Of a stretch of 64,000 nucleotides of DNA, positions 13,080 through 25,550 are shown in pieces. This DNA is from Octopus vulgaris. Lineage: Eukaryota. Position numbers and translations under genes: made by a program. The stretch covers positions 138,446,001 to 138,510,000 of the forward strand of contig OX597817.1 in NCBI GenBank assembly GCA_951406725.2, written 5' to 3'. The notes under the pieces are model-generated. The model saw only the letters and a list, made by a program, of their open reading frames with translations, had not been told where the DNA came from and made no database searches. The first letter of the stretch is position 1, and the number at the start of each line of letters is the position of its first letter.

Positions 13080-13592
13080 TCTCTATATATAAAACTCTAG
13101 TTGTGTGAGTGTCTGTCCCCTTCGATTTAGATTCCTAACTCCTCCCACATTTTGCGGTGCAGTTTAACCAAATTCGGGTATCTTATAGTCGTGATTCATA
13201 TCGAGCCCGTCTGGCTATTAGCGCGCGTCAACGATGAGTCTACGATTTAAAAAATAATTTAACATCATTTTTTATTCCATTTTAATGCATAATTTTTCGT
13301 GTGTCGATGGCGGCGGAGTTGGCGTCCACGCTCACAGCTGCACCTGTTTGCTTCTCCCCCTTCTTCCCTCCCTCGTGAAGCTGTGGGGAAGGGAGTGTAA
13401 AGAAATCAACGTCGTAATGCGTTGTCAAGGAGACCAGCGTTCTTTTAGAACAACGACTTCATGGCTTGAAGACACCAAAACAGAAATGGCTAAGAAAGCC
13501 CGAATTGGCATCTATAAGGGAAGTAACTCTCTAAAAATGCTTATATAGTTATTTCCCTTACAAACCCGAGCAACGCCGGGCGATACTGCTAG
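13080..13592 (+). mobile_element. Non-autonomous Helitron
   Basis: 5' TC, 3' hairpin cccgagcaacgccggg then CTAG, inserted between A (13079) and T (13593), with no TSD. Confidence 0.85.
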
Positions 13593-13764
13593 TACTTTAT
13601 AAAGTTCTTCAATCTGCCGTTCAACTATTTCTTGTGATACTTAGAACTTTTCGTTTATCAGTGTCTCAGCTCGTTCACAATGCTGCATTCTTTGTCATAT
13701 GTCTTAGATTTTAGATTTTTCCATTTTCGGTGTTTTAACTGTTTATATTATGTCACGGTTCAAC

Positions 13765-14000
13765 TGCTCTTCCTTGAGTCGTACAGACTCACAGGACAGG
13801 TTTCTATGACGTAAATGTTTCTCACCTGGAACGGACGCCGATCCCTCGCCGGATTACTCATTTTTACCAGCTGAAGGGATTGGAGTAACATGAGATGAAA
13901 TGTTTTGCTCAGGAACAAGGCGCTTCACCCGGTCTAGGAATCGAAACCATAATCTTACAGTCATGAATTCAACACCTTAACCACCAAACCACGTGTCTCC
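13765..14000 (-). mobile_element. tRNA-derived SINE, family B-related (old)
   Basis: tRNA-like head on the minus strand; shares tttttaccagctga and tgctca..gga blocks with 21566-21894. Confidence 0.65.
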
Positions 14001-14087
14001 ACTCGGTTTAACTGACCATTTATAATATTATTCTGTTCTAAGAGGTACGCACACACGAACTGTACACACACGAATATATGGCACATA

Positions 14088-14108
14088 TGCTGCTGCCGCT
14101 GCTACTAT

Positions 14109-14150
<42 letters not shown>

Positions 14151-14188
14151 CACCACCACCACCACCACCGCCACCACCACCACCACCG

Positions 14189-14249
<61 letters not shown>

Positions 14250-14250
14250 C

Positions 14251-14292
<42 letters not shown>

Positions 14293-14308
14293 ACTACTGC
14301 TACTGCTA
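14088..14308. repeat. Compound trinucleotide microsatellite (GCT/ACT/ACC)
   Basis: Seen directly. Confidence 0.95.
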
Positions 14309-15479
14309 TGTCCATCATTTGCTTAAGCTGTATTTAAAAATCCACCTAACTATGCGACAACTAGGAGACAGGTAGAGTTTTCATTTTTTTCTGCCTCTTC
14401 TATAACCACCAGAGCTGCCTCTACAAAAGTAACCCGAACGAAACATCTCAGCCACAGACACTGCTGCTTTTCTCTGCCTCTTCACAATATCTCGCACACA
14501 CCAACGTACAGAGAGACTGTATATTCCGTTCCGTCTCTCCTATTGCTGCGACTACTGCCTCCACAAAGACTCAGTTGCCGATGCTGTTTTGTAGATGTAG
14601 AAGAGACACGAGCAGATAAACTATGCCTGTGACTTAATCATTGCAGTGTGACGAGTGATTTTTATATTTTTAGAGTTTATTGAAGTGGGTAGAGAGGAAA
14701 GAAAGGGCTGAAGCAGTGTAGCTGTGGGTTAGTGCTTACACTGTGTCGGTAAATGAATCTTTGTAGAGCCTGTTGTAGGAGGCGTAGAAGAGACAGAAAG
14801 CCTAAACTCTGTGTCTGTGAGACAATAATTGAGACGATATTACCATTTCTCCATTTCTTCCGCAGCTACTACATCAACCTCTATAAACATTCATTCCCCT
14901 AACATATAACTGTTGGCACCAGCAACACCTTAAGGCATGAACATTCTGGGCAGTTGCCTTGGGGCCTCACCGGTCTAGGGCCCAGTTCTGATCTATGTAT
15001 GCAGTGGTTTGCCGTCAGTAAATAAACACAATAGAGTCGAGTGCATCGACTCACACCAAAATCATTATAAATGTCAGATTTGGTCATCTTTCATGGCGAC
15101 CCCACATTTGTATCCCATGTCCCAATTTTTCTGGATTGTTTCTTGGATTTCACAAAAATCTCTTTCTAGATCCTTAAAATACTGCACTCTCGTTCAATTC
15201 CTGACCCTTTATAAACTCTAGGCTCCATAAAGGACTACGGCCCTTGGACAGGATGCGACAGGAAAAATTTTCTCATTCAGCATTTCTGATATGCGTTTCA
15301 ACATCAAACGGACGTTATGCTTCAATCCAAAGAATAATGGTAATTAAAAACATAATAAAACATTAGCTACAAGAAGTCATCATTTCAATCTGTCTAACTT
15401 CATTAGGGCCACGCCTAAAACCTAATCAAATATTTGAACTTATTCTGTCGTATACAGAATATGGTGCGATATTGCTCTT

Positions 15480-16830
15480 AACAGATATCTGACATTGTAC
15501 CCAAAATAAGATAAGTCAACCGATTAGATCAGGTGTGTGGATGTGGGAAAAGGAAAGCACCATTGCAGCGCGTTGCTGCATTCACCATTTGTGGGTTGAT
15601 TCCCGGGTCCTCATGGGCGATCCATCAAGCAGAATAGAATCTCAGTTAGTCCCCATCTCCACGACATACCTCCTCATCTGCTGCGACCATGTAGCTTGTG
15701 ATCGACTAATACGAGCCGTCAGCTCCACTGGATCCTCAGGGAAGAGGGCATGGTAAGAAGGTTCTGACTGAGAAAATCAAGCAACAAGGCCAACCAGTCT
15801 GAGCTGGCGCTCCCAAATCATGGAAGTAACAGGATGCATTTCAGTTTCTGAGTAGAGTCGTTGGTTGGATATGAAATCTGACCAATGATAACCCATAACT
15901 ATGCGAAGTGTCCTGGTACCAAAGGAGTTCAGGCAGCTCCCAAGGAGCCCCAGATTGTGTCTCATAAGGACATGGAGGATCAGAGACGTAAAGACCGGAA
16001 CCTTTGTTCTCCTCCAAAGATATTGGCAGCACCAAACATCCCTGTCCGCTGAACCAACTTTAAATCTTTTTGGAGCTTTGGACTTGAAGCCAATGTTGCA
16101 ATGAATCTTACTGCCGAGGTAAGTGAAGTGGTCAACAACTTCAACATTATCACACACATCGAAGACAAACAAGGCAGAGTCCACTAAGAAGCCAACAAAG
16201 GACTGGATTTTCGTCCTGACCCAAGAAACTCCCAGGCTAAGTGGTTCTGCTTCCTTGCAGTCAAAAGAGAGCATTCCTGAAGGCATCCAGAAAAACAGAT
16301 TGTTCTAATAACTGTGTTATTAGAACAATCTGAGTCTGTAATCCTAGTTTCGCCAATGAGTGCACCACAACTTGATTGAGCCACTGTTTGGCCAAGTATC
16401 CAATCCATGCAGGCATTGAACATGGTAGGAGCCAAGACCCAACCCTGACGGACCCTAGATCTAACTGGGAAAAAGCCAGATGTTGAGCTCCCCAATCCAA
16501 ACTGTACTGACTGTTCCAGTGTACAAACCATCATCAGCCCAATCTGTTGAGGAGGTACACCTCACAGCCCCAGAATCCTCCAAAGCAACATCCCTGTTCA
16601 CCGAGTCAAATGCCTTGCAGAAGTCGACATAGGCTGAAAGCAACCCCTGCTGAAAGGTCCGCTTGTGTTCAATGAGTACACAGAGAGCCAGAGTTCTGTC
16701 AGTAATCAACCTCTTTGGTCTGAACCCTGACATCTCCGGCTGCTGGGACGCAAGCAGATGATTTCGTACTTTGTTCAGAATAACCATGGAAAAAAGACCT
16801 TACCGGGCACTGAGAGATGTGTAACAATTA
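15480..16830 (-). pseudogene. RTE-like LINE reverse transcriptase fragment
   Basis: SGFRPKR..TDR, YVDFCKAFDSVNR, VRQGWVLAPTMFN, EVVDHFTYLGS, RQLRLVG; several frameshifts. Confidence 0.9.
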
Positions 16831-17671
16831 TTGTGCTGTCAGCTGATTAACAAGGATTTTTTCGGCAAAATTGTACAACTCCTGATTCACAAGTCATTTG
16901 CTTCTTCTCCCAAGTTCCTTATATTTCCACTGACCACTTCCGATCTCCCAAACTAACCAGTTGTATAGCCATATCAACCGGGTATCTAACGGTTTCACCT
17001 CCTGCCGCTTTTACTGTATCTCGTCATCTTAATCCCCGTACGGAACGCTCGGCCCAGCCCTTTCTTCTTTCATCTGCAAGGTTAGTGGGTGTAAAGTACG
17101 ATAGCTTAAAATTTATAAAAAATTTGGTATTATTTGTGATGACGTGGGAACTTGGTTTTTAAGGAGAGAGAAGAACATTTTAGACATGTTTTAACTTGGA
17201 GATTATGTGGGGGATTATACCAAATAACTTACCTATTCTTTATCACTGAGTTGTCCCCACCACCGTTTGACAACAGGTATTGGTGTGTTTACATTCCATT
17301 AACTTGACAGTTCGGCCAAAGGGACGGACAGAATAAGTACCAGGCTTAAAAACAATAAGCGGGGGTTTGTGTGATTCTTTGGACTAAAATTCTTTAAGGC
17401 GGTGCTGCAGCATGGCCGCGGTGTAATAACTGAACTAAACAAAGATAAAAAGACCAAATGTACCTATGAGCTGCGATATGATATATGCCGTGCGCATAGA
17501 GACAGTGCCAGACAAATATATTTAAATTTTGTGATTTATAAACCACTGAAGCCATTAACGTAGGAAGAGAACATAAAATGTTTGGTTGTTAATGGAAAAC
17601 GTTGAGGTGTATATACTTGTATGCGTAGTTATATCTATGTGTATGAGTACACATACGTACATGTGTATGTG

Positions 17672-17703
<32 letters not shown>

Positions 17704-17793
17704 TATATATATTTATAAAACAATACGCACATACAGACACACACATATATATATATACATATATGTATGTATATATGTATGTGTGTATATGTA

Positions 17794-17840
<47 letters not shown>

Positions 17841-17842
<2 letters not shown>

Positions 17843-18112
17843 CGCAGGAGTGGCTGTGTGGTATAGCTTGCTAACCAACCACACGGTTGCGGGTTCAGTC
17901 CACTGCGTGGTAAGTGTCTTCTGCTATATGCCTTGTGAGTGGATAGACGGAAACTGATATATATGTATATGTGTGTTTGTGTGTCTGTGTTTGTCCCCCT
18001 ATATGCTGGTGTGTTTATGTCCCGTCATAGCGGTTCGGCAAAAAGAGACCGATAGAATAAGTACTAAAAGGTGGTGCTCATAGTCAAATGACTGAAACAA
18101 GTAAAAAAAGAG
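17841..18112 (+). mobile_element. tRNA-derived SINE, family A, with several internal deletions
   Basis: Head, middle and tail blocks of family A are present but condensed. Confidence 0.8.
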
Positions 18113-18351
18113 TATATACGTGCATGTGTATTTAAATATATGTATATGTGTGTATATGTATATATGTATAAATGCATATATATGCAGTATATATATATAT
18201 ATATATATAGGTGTGTGTGTATTTATAAATTTGTATATGTGTGTATATGTATATATGGTCCATTTACGTCCATGCGTATACGTATGCGTTTGTGTGTGTG
18301 TGTGTGTGTGACTGTTACAGTTTGAGTCTGTAACTGAATCTACTTATGGTA

Positions 18352-18396
<45 letters not shown>

Positions 18397-18751
18397 GAAA
18401 GAGTAAGAAAGAGAGAGAGAGAGAGAGTGAATGAGAGTCAGAGAGAGCGAGAGAGTGAGTGAGAGTAAAGGAATCCTTCATGAATCGTCTCTTATTTAGT
18501 GAAATGCATTAACATCGATGAGAGTGTTGCATTCTATTTTAACAATACGCAAAATGGAGGCTTCTGAGAACGAACAAGCGCGCGCGCACACACGTTCGCG
18601 AGTGCTCGCACATACAGTTTACATCAACAGAATTTTAAAAACTTCAAGGGACGTGAAATAAATCGCGATTTCAAAGGTAGAACTCGAAGTAGATAAAGCT
18701 ATCCATAAATGCTTTTAAATATTAGCTTGAAAGAAACCAAATATTTAAACG

Positions 18752-18823
<72 letters not shown>

Positions 18824-18917
18824 GTAATTGAATTAATTATCTTATTAAGGATAATTCGAAAGCTAACCGATACCTGGGTAGCAAATTCACATCAGAAAGA
18901 ACACGGTTGAAGCTACG

Positions 18918-18998
18918 TCTCCTGATGAGAAATCTACATAATGTACTCCTTATTCCTTCGGAATTAGGAATATGCAGCCTTCGAAACATGTGTCGAGA
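18918..18998 (+). ncRNA. Type I hammerhead ribozyme in a ~230-bp insert inside (TA)n
   Basis: tctc-CTGATGA(18922-18928)-gaa...[tattcct/aggaata]...ttc-GAAAC(18983-18987)-atgt-GTC-gaga. Canonical core with G10.1-C11.1, GUC triplet and 4-bp stem I. Confidence 0.8.
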
Positions 18999-19047
18999 AT
19001 AAAGGATATTTGTTAACTAGTCGTTCAACTCCATTCTTTCATATACT

Positions 19048-19078
<31 letters not shown>

Positions 19079-19221
19079 TTAGTTATATTATATTACACAC
19101 ACACATGTCACACAGTTAGACGCTCGTGAAGAATGGAAAAGTCTTTGCCGTTTCGAGCCATTGGTATTCCACAGAAAGAGGAGAGGAAACATGGACAGAG
19201 GACGAAAAAGCAGAGGGAGAA

Positions 19222-19354
<133 letters not shown>

Positions 19355-19520
19355 GGCGTAGGAGTAGCTGTGTGGTAAGTAGCTTGCTAACCAACCATAT
19401 GGTTCCGGGTTCAGTCCCACTGCGTGGCATCTTGGGCAAGTGCCTTCTGCTATAGCCCCGGGCCGACCAATGTTTTGTGAGTGGATTTGGTAGACGGAGA
19501 CTGAAAGAAGTCTGTCGTAT
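19355..19520 (+). mobile_element. tRNA-derived SINE, family A, 5' part
   Basis: Near-identical to the head of the 10880-11301 copy. Confidence 0.85.
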
Positions 19521-19592
19521 ATGTGTATATATATATATATGTATATGTATATACATATACATACATAAACACACACACACACATATATATAT

Positions 19593-19624
<32 letters not shown>

Positions 19625-19683
19625 GTGTATACATATATATATATGTATCTATATGTATGTATATATATATACATATACATATT

Positions 19684-19732
<49 letters not shown>

Positions 19733-20129
19733 CCACCTGCCTTCGTCTTTTGTCTATTTTCATAAAGCTTCCCGTTATATATATATATATATTGTTGTTG
19801 GCATCCTTTTTGTCTCGGGAGACAATGGAGTTGCGCATAAAGTAGTCTAGTCCGGCTTTTACATTTCATGTCCTGATACATTTCTTGCTGTGGCTGTGTA
19901 GTCCTATCCTGGACAAACACTCCCTCTGGCAGGTACCGCAAATGTAGCGAAGACTGCTCCTGGCTGGTTGCAAGCTGGAATGTCAGGACCATGTGCCCTG
20001 GAATATTTGATGATTATATATATATATAAACATAATTAAAAAGGGTAATAACATAAGTTATTATTACCAGTGGCCTAGCACAAAAGACGAATTAGTCATT
20101 AGACAATATATTTTTCGTATAGAAATATA

Positions 20130-20210
20130 ATAAAGGCTCCCAAATAAGGAAGCAAGAGCTAGAAACACTTTGTGTTTCTAGCAATTGCTTCCTTATTTGG
20201 GAGCCTTTAT
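20130..20210. repeat. Hairpin, ~38-bp arms
   Basis: taaaggctcccaaataaggaagcaa..gctagaaacac pairs with gtgtttctagc..ttgcttccttatttgggagccttta. Confidence 0.9.
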
Positions 20211-20230
20211 ATGTGTGAGCATATATATAC

Positions 20231-20375
20231 ATGTTAGGTCATGTTTTGTATTAAAAAATAATCTACTGATGTGATCAAGTTCGTTTGCTTGTTGATCAAT
20301 TTTCTCCATTTTCTAATTATCATATATATATATATATGTGTGTGTATATGTATATGTATATATATATGTGTGTGA

Positions 20376-20415
<40 letters not shown>

Positions 20416-20558
20416 TCACACATATATATATATATACATATACATATACACACACACATATATATATGATAATTAGAAAATGGAGAAAATTGATCAACAA
20501 GCAAACGAACTTGATCACATCAGTAGATTATTTTTTAATACAAAACATGACCTAACAT
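20231..20558. repeat. Palindrome: ~100-bp unique arms around an inverted microsatellite core
   Basis: 20231-20330 is the reverse complement of about 20463-20558. The adjoining sequence has an HHR-like remnant on minus (CTTATGA...GAAAC-GGCC-GTA, ~20560-20640). Confidence 0.9.
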
Positions 20559-21565
20559 TTCTTACGGCCGTTTCCGCTTCCAATACCAGTTGATGCTTAC
20601 GAAAGAATTTCGAAAATAATATTCGTCCCCTTCATAAGACATTCGTTCTAGTACATGGAGCTTCATCAGTGTATGCAAATGCGTAAAGTAAAATAAACAA
20701 AGGCAAGAGGGAATAGGAAAAAACATGGCCCCGAGAAGAGGCAAGGAGGCTCAATATATTAAAATCATACCATCTTCCAATCTTCCAGTGTAGAGCCTTG
20801 AAGTCGGTAGGCGAAAGAGTGAACTAGCGGTGGTCCAGGGAAATATTTACGGGTTATTTTCTATATGAAGAGGGAACCAGGATGTTTGAATATTATTGAA
20901 ATGAAGTTAGCACTAAAATAAGACAAAAATTACCAATAAGTCTAGAAAAAGAATAGTACTTATGATATTGTAAATAGGGCTAGTTAATATTTATCCAAAA
21001 GCAATAACCGTAAGGTTTTTATAATGGCGTGCTTACTAAAATATTGTAAAGAACACCACCTGTTGTTCGCAATGGAATTGACCAAAGTCTATCCATCTCT
21101 ACAATAGGCCAATTATATTTGAACCAAGAGCAAAAGTTAAGACCGTTTCAGGAGATTTGTAAATAAAGAAGAAAACGAACTTGTAAATAAAGGGTGCACG
21201 GGAGAAGACTATGATATAAGTGGTGCGAGGCCGCTTATGGCCTTCTGCAATTTCTCAACATAACATAAATAAGAATAAAATAAATAGATAAACACTGTCA
21301 GTCAAACTGCTATAATTTTTTTTATAGTTAAGGGGAGACAACTAGTTCAAGAGGTGCATGCGAGTAGAATAACCTACAAAAAATGATACTGAATTTTACA
21401 TCCTCGATAGCCAGTAAAATTCCAAGAATGGACGAACGAGTAAATGTGTACACGTACCTAAGAAAATTCTACCCATAGGTACACGAAAGGGCAAAAGCAC
21501 AAAACCAGAAACATTTAAGCGATTAAAAATTAAAATTAAATCACATGCTAATTACTACCATGATT

Positions 21566-21894
21566 CCTTAAAAGACTCCGCCGGTTACGACGACGAGGGT
21601 CCCAGCTGATACGATCAACGGAACAGCTTGCTCGTGAAATTAACGTGCAAATGGCTGAGCATTCCACAGACACGTGTACCCTTAACGTAGTTCTCGGGGA
21701 TAATCAGCGTGACACAGAGAGTGACAAGGCTGACCCTTTGAAATACAAGTACAACTCATTTTTGCCAGCTGAGTGGACTGGAGCAACGTGAAATAAAGTG
21801 TCTTGCTCAAGGACACAACGCGTCGCCGGGAATCGAACTCACAACCTTACGATCATGAGCCGAATGCCCTAACCACTAAGCCACGCGCCCTCAC
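21566..21894 (-). mobile_element. tRNA-derived SINE, family B, full length with TSD
   Basis: 12-bp TSD actaccatgatt at 21554-21565 and 21895-21906. Head tggcttagtggttagg...gagttcgattccc carries A/B boxes. Confidence 0.9.
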
Positions 21895-22420
21895 ACTACC
21901 ATGATTACAATCTCCATGTTCCACCACAGTTTACTAAATCTTACTTAGTATGTATTACATTATCCTAAGAGCTTGTTTACATCAATAAATTTATTAATTA
22001 TATTAACCCTTACGTGGATGCAGCCATATTGGTCTACCTCTACGTAAAGTAGACCCTAATAGCCCTACCCACTAAGGAACAACATTACCCAACCCCGTGT
22101 AGAATTTAATTTAATGAACTCAATGTTACCTTTCCCCACTCTAGATTGCACAGGTCTGTACTTGGACAGTGCAGAAGCGGACTTTCCAGGAGACATTAGG
22201 ACACTTGGGTTGTGTCCTATGTATGATTGAAAGTGTAATTTGGTGGTAGACCCAGTATGACTGCACCCACGGGTTATTTTCTATATAAAGAGGGAACCAG
22301 GATGTTTGAATACCCATACCCAGGGATAGCACAGGTAACTGATACCGATAGTAAATACGGATATTATTATCCCTTAGACGGTTACTACAACAGCTAACTA
22401 TACTTACATTTATATATATA

Positions 22421-22804
22421 CTAGCAGTATCGCCCGGCGTTGCTCAGGTTTGTAAGGGAAATAACTATAAAGCATTTTTAGAGAGTTATAGCCAAAAAAT
22501 AGCAAAAAAATGGAAAAAAATTATGGTAAATTTTTTTTTGAGAGTTAAAAAAGGTGGAGTTGCGTCCCCTAGACGGTCTGTGGTTTGGGTTCCTGATTCT
22601 CGACCCCATGTCGAATTTATCGATTTTTTTCAGAACTGGGGGAACTTTTCAAAATTTTCGCTGCGTTAGTTTTGAATTATGACATTGGGCTATGTGTGTG
22701 TCAAGTTTCATCAGAATCGGTTGAAAGCCGTGGTCAGAGTGAGGGTACGAGAAAACAGACACACAGAAAACGCACAGACAAACAGCCGTTTATATAGAGA
22801 GAGA
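22421..22804 (-). mobile_element. Non-autonomous Helitron
   Basis: The 3' ~75 bp, including hairpin and CTAG, match 13520-13592. The 5' end is TCTCTCTCTATATAAA on minus; the interior differs. Confidence 0.8.
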
Positions 22805-22808
22805 TATA

Positions 22809-22859
<51 letters not shown>

Positions 22860-23006
22860 GAAATGAAGAAAATGCTGACAAAATAATTTAAGTAAGGGAG
22901 AGTGTATTTAATTAGGTGAAAGTTCTTTTTACCGGTTGCGCATTTGTTATGCTTATCAAAAGATATTTTTTAAAGAGAGATAGAGTTCCTTTCTGATAGA
23001 TTTTTT

Positions 23007-23072
<66 letters not shown>

Positions 23073-23096
23073 GTATATGTATATATATATATGTAT

Positions 23097-23160
<64 letters not shown>

Positions 23161-23263
23161 GAGAGAGAGAGAACTTTTTATAGACTAACAAATATTTCAA
23201 CTACAGCGATTAATAACCGATGCATTTGCAACCCTACAATAAAACCGGTGAATGTATGTGTGC

Positions 23264-23295
<32 letters not shown>

Positions 23296-23301
<6 letters not shown>

Positions 23302-23427
23302 TATATAGAAGGAGCTTCTACAGGACTAGAACTGTTTCATTCAAAAGAAATCATCAGGAAGCTTCCTGATGATTTCTTTTGAATGAAACAGTTCTAGTCC
23401 TGTAGAAGCTCCTTCTATATAATAAAT
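23296..23427. repeat. Perfect spacer-less palindrome (66-bp arms) containing an HHR on each strand
   Basis: Centre AAG|CTT at 23361/23362. Plus strand reads agcttc-CTGATGA-tttcttttgaat-GAAACAG-ttctagtc-CTGTA-gaagct. Confidence 0.85.
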
Positions 23428-23492
23428 TAATTTACTCTGCTATGTATTGAGTACCTTATTTACTGTGGTTAACCCCGACTCAACTCGGGACC

Positions 23493-23595
<103 letters not shown>

Positions 23596-23649
23596 CTGTG
23601 TCTGTCTGTCTGTCTGTCTGTGTGTGTGTGTGTGTGTGTGCGCGCGCGC

Positions 23650-23689
<40 letters not shown>

Positions 23690-23912
23690 GTGTGTGTGTG
23701 TGTGTGTATCTATGTATTTATGTATATACGTTTGTCAATTCGTTTTGCAAGATTCCTGATGTGAAATCATGTGTTGAAACAGATATTGTTGTATTTCGGG
23801 ATGGTCATTTTATTTATTATTATTATTTTTTGCTAAATAAACACACGCAGTATATTTTTTATTTCTTCACTCATTTATTACTGTTATTTTATTATTTTAA
23901 GGCTTGTCCATT

Positions 23913-23955
23913 GTCCAGAAATCTTTCGTCACACATCTGTGACCTCTTCAACGAC
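23913..23955 (-). ncRNA. Degenerate HHR-like motif
   Basis: gtcg-TTGAAGA-g-gtcaca-gatg-tgtgac-GAAAG-attt-CTG-gac. Stem II is 6 bp; the core and triplet are mutated. Confidence 0.4.
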
Positions 23956-24004
23956 ACTTTTCGTTTCCATGTGTGTTCTTGCTCTACTTACTCCATTCTG
24001 AGGA

Positions 24005-24079
<75 letters not shown>

Positions 24080-24922
24080 TAAGAATCAAAGTTAGGCAAA
24101 TTAACTTCACATATACATTTATATTTATTCATCCCTAGACCCAACATACATGAATTTCTCCGAAAGTATATCCAATACATCAAACATATCAAAAATATGT
24201 AGACATACAAAAATATATGGATAATCAATATATTAAATATATACATATAAAAATATATAAATAAATAGATATATACATTAAAAATATATTGAAAAAATAA
24301 ATACATATATAGGTCAACTTACAGATTATAAAGCGAAGTCATAAAAAGAGACAAGCGTCTATAAGATAAAAAAGTTTGGGTGTTATTAATCCAGTTAATA
24401 ATTCTACGGCCATTTCTGGAGATTCGGTTGTCCTGTCATGTAAAATATATTTACATCTATTAAAGGACACCACCTCCTTCATCAGGGATAATAAGTTTCT
24501 AAAAAGGCTCACACGTAATGCAGTGACACTTTTTTTACTGGTCATGCTTCAAGAACTCTGTGAAGGATTCTTGCAGTTCCAAGCAATGCTGATTTTTGTA
24601 GGTGTTCTACCTTCACACTTGCACCGATCTTTTACAGTCATGTTACTAGTTGAGTGCTTATATTTCTAAGTGCACCAATTACTATTGGTATCACGTCTAC
24701 TCTCCTCATTGACCACAAACTTCGGATTTCCTACTTTAAATCATCATAGGTGTTTATTTTTTCTTCTTCTTTCACATTGATCCTGCTGTTACTGGAGCAT
24801 GCTATGTCAATTATCGTACATAGTGTGTGTATGTATTACTTTAGTTCACTGGTAGTGAACGGCTGGCACCGTAGTACATCTCCAGAATTAGAAGCTGTGT
24901 GAAGACAATAATAATAATAATA

Positions 24923-24954
<32 letters not shown>

Positions 24955-25004
24955 GATGATGATGATGATAATGATGGTAACAGAAAAAACTATACATAGA
25001 CACT

Positions 25005-25385
25005 CATAAATATGTTTCTTTATTAGCCACACAGGGCTGCACACAGACGGGATAAATTACAAAGTAGAGCTTTTCTTTTTGGGGAGAGAAGAAAAAGTGG
25101 GGTGGGTTTTCGATCAAAAGGGATCGTAAAAGGGAAAGAAAAAAAAAGGAAAGAAGAAAAAAGGAAAAAAAGAAAAAAGGAAAGGAAAACAAGATCGATA
25201 GGGATCATGTATCACAGAAATGTCATGATATAAAGAGTAAAGGGGGAAGCAGATAAGGTTTATCCGTGGAAAGAAAAGCCTACGGAAAAGACCACGGTAA
25301 CCTCAATCAATAAGGTTACATGTTACCACATTTGTTTGCAAGTAGGTAACCCTCTGTTTTAAATTTTTCCGGGTTCATAGGATTA
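25005..25385 (-). mobile_element. Unclassified interspersed repeat (retroposon 3'-end-like); copies at ~32115-32420, 33125-33460, 63810-64000
   Basis: Shared blocks ccgtaggcttttctttccacggataaacc and aaagctctactttgtaattt, with tail ggctaataaagaaacata. Confidence 0.75.
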
Positions 25386-25413
25386 GATGGATAGGTAGAT
25401 AGATATATTGATT

Positions 25414-25464
<51 letters not shown>

Positions 25465-25486
25465 GGATAGATGGATAGACGGATGA

Positions 25487-25550
<64 letters not shown>

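Noticed and set aside
14028-14326. Poly-Leu/Pro or poly-Val protein
   Set aside because: Compound trinucleotide microsatellite only.
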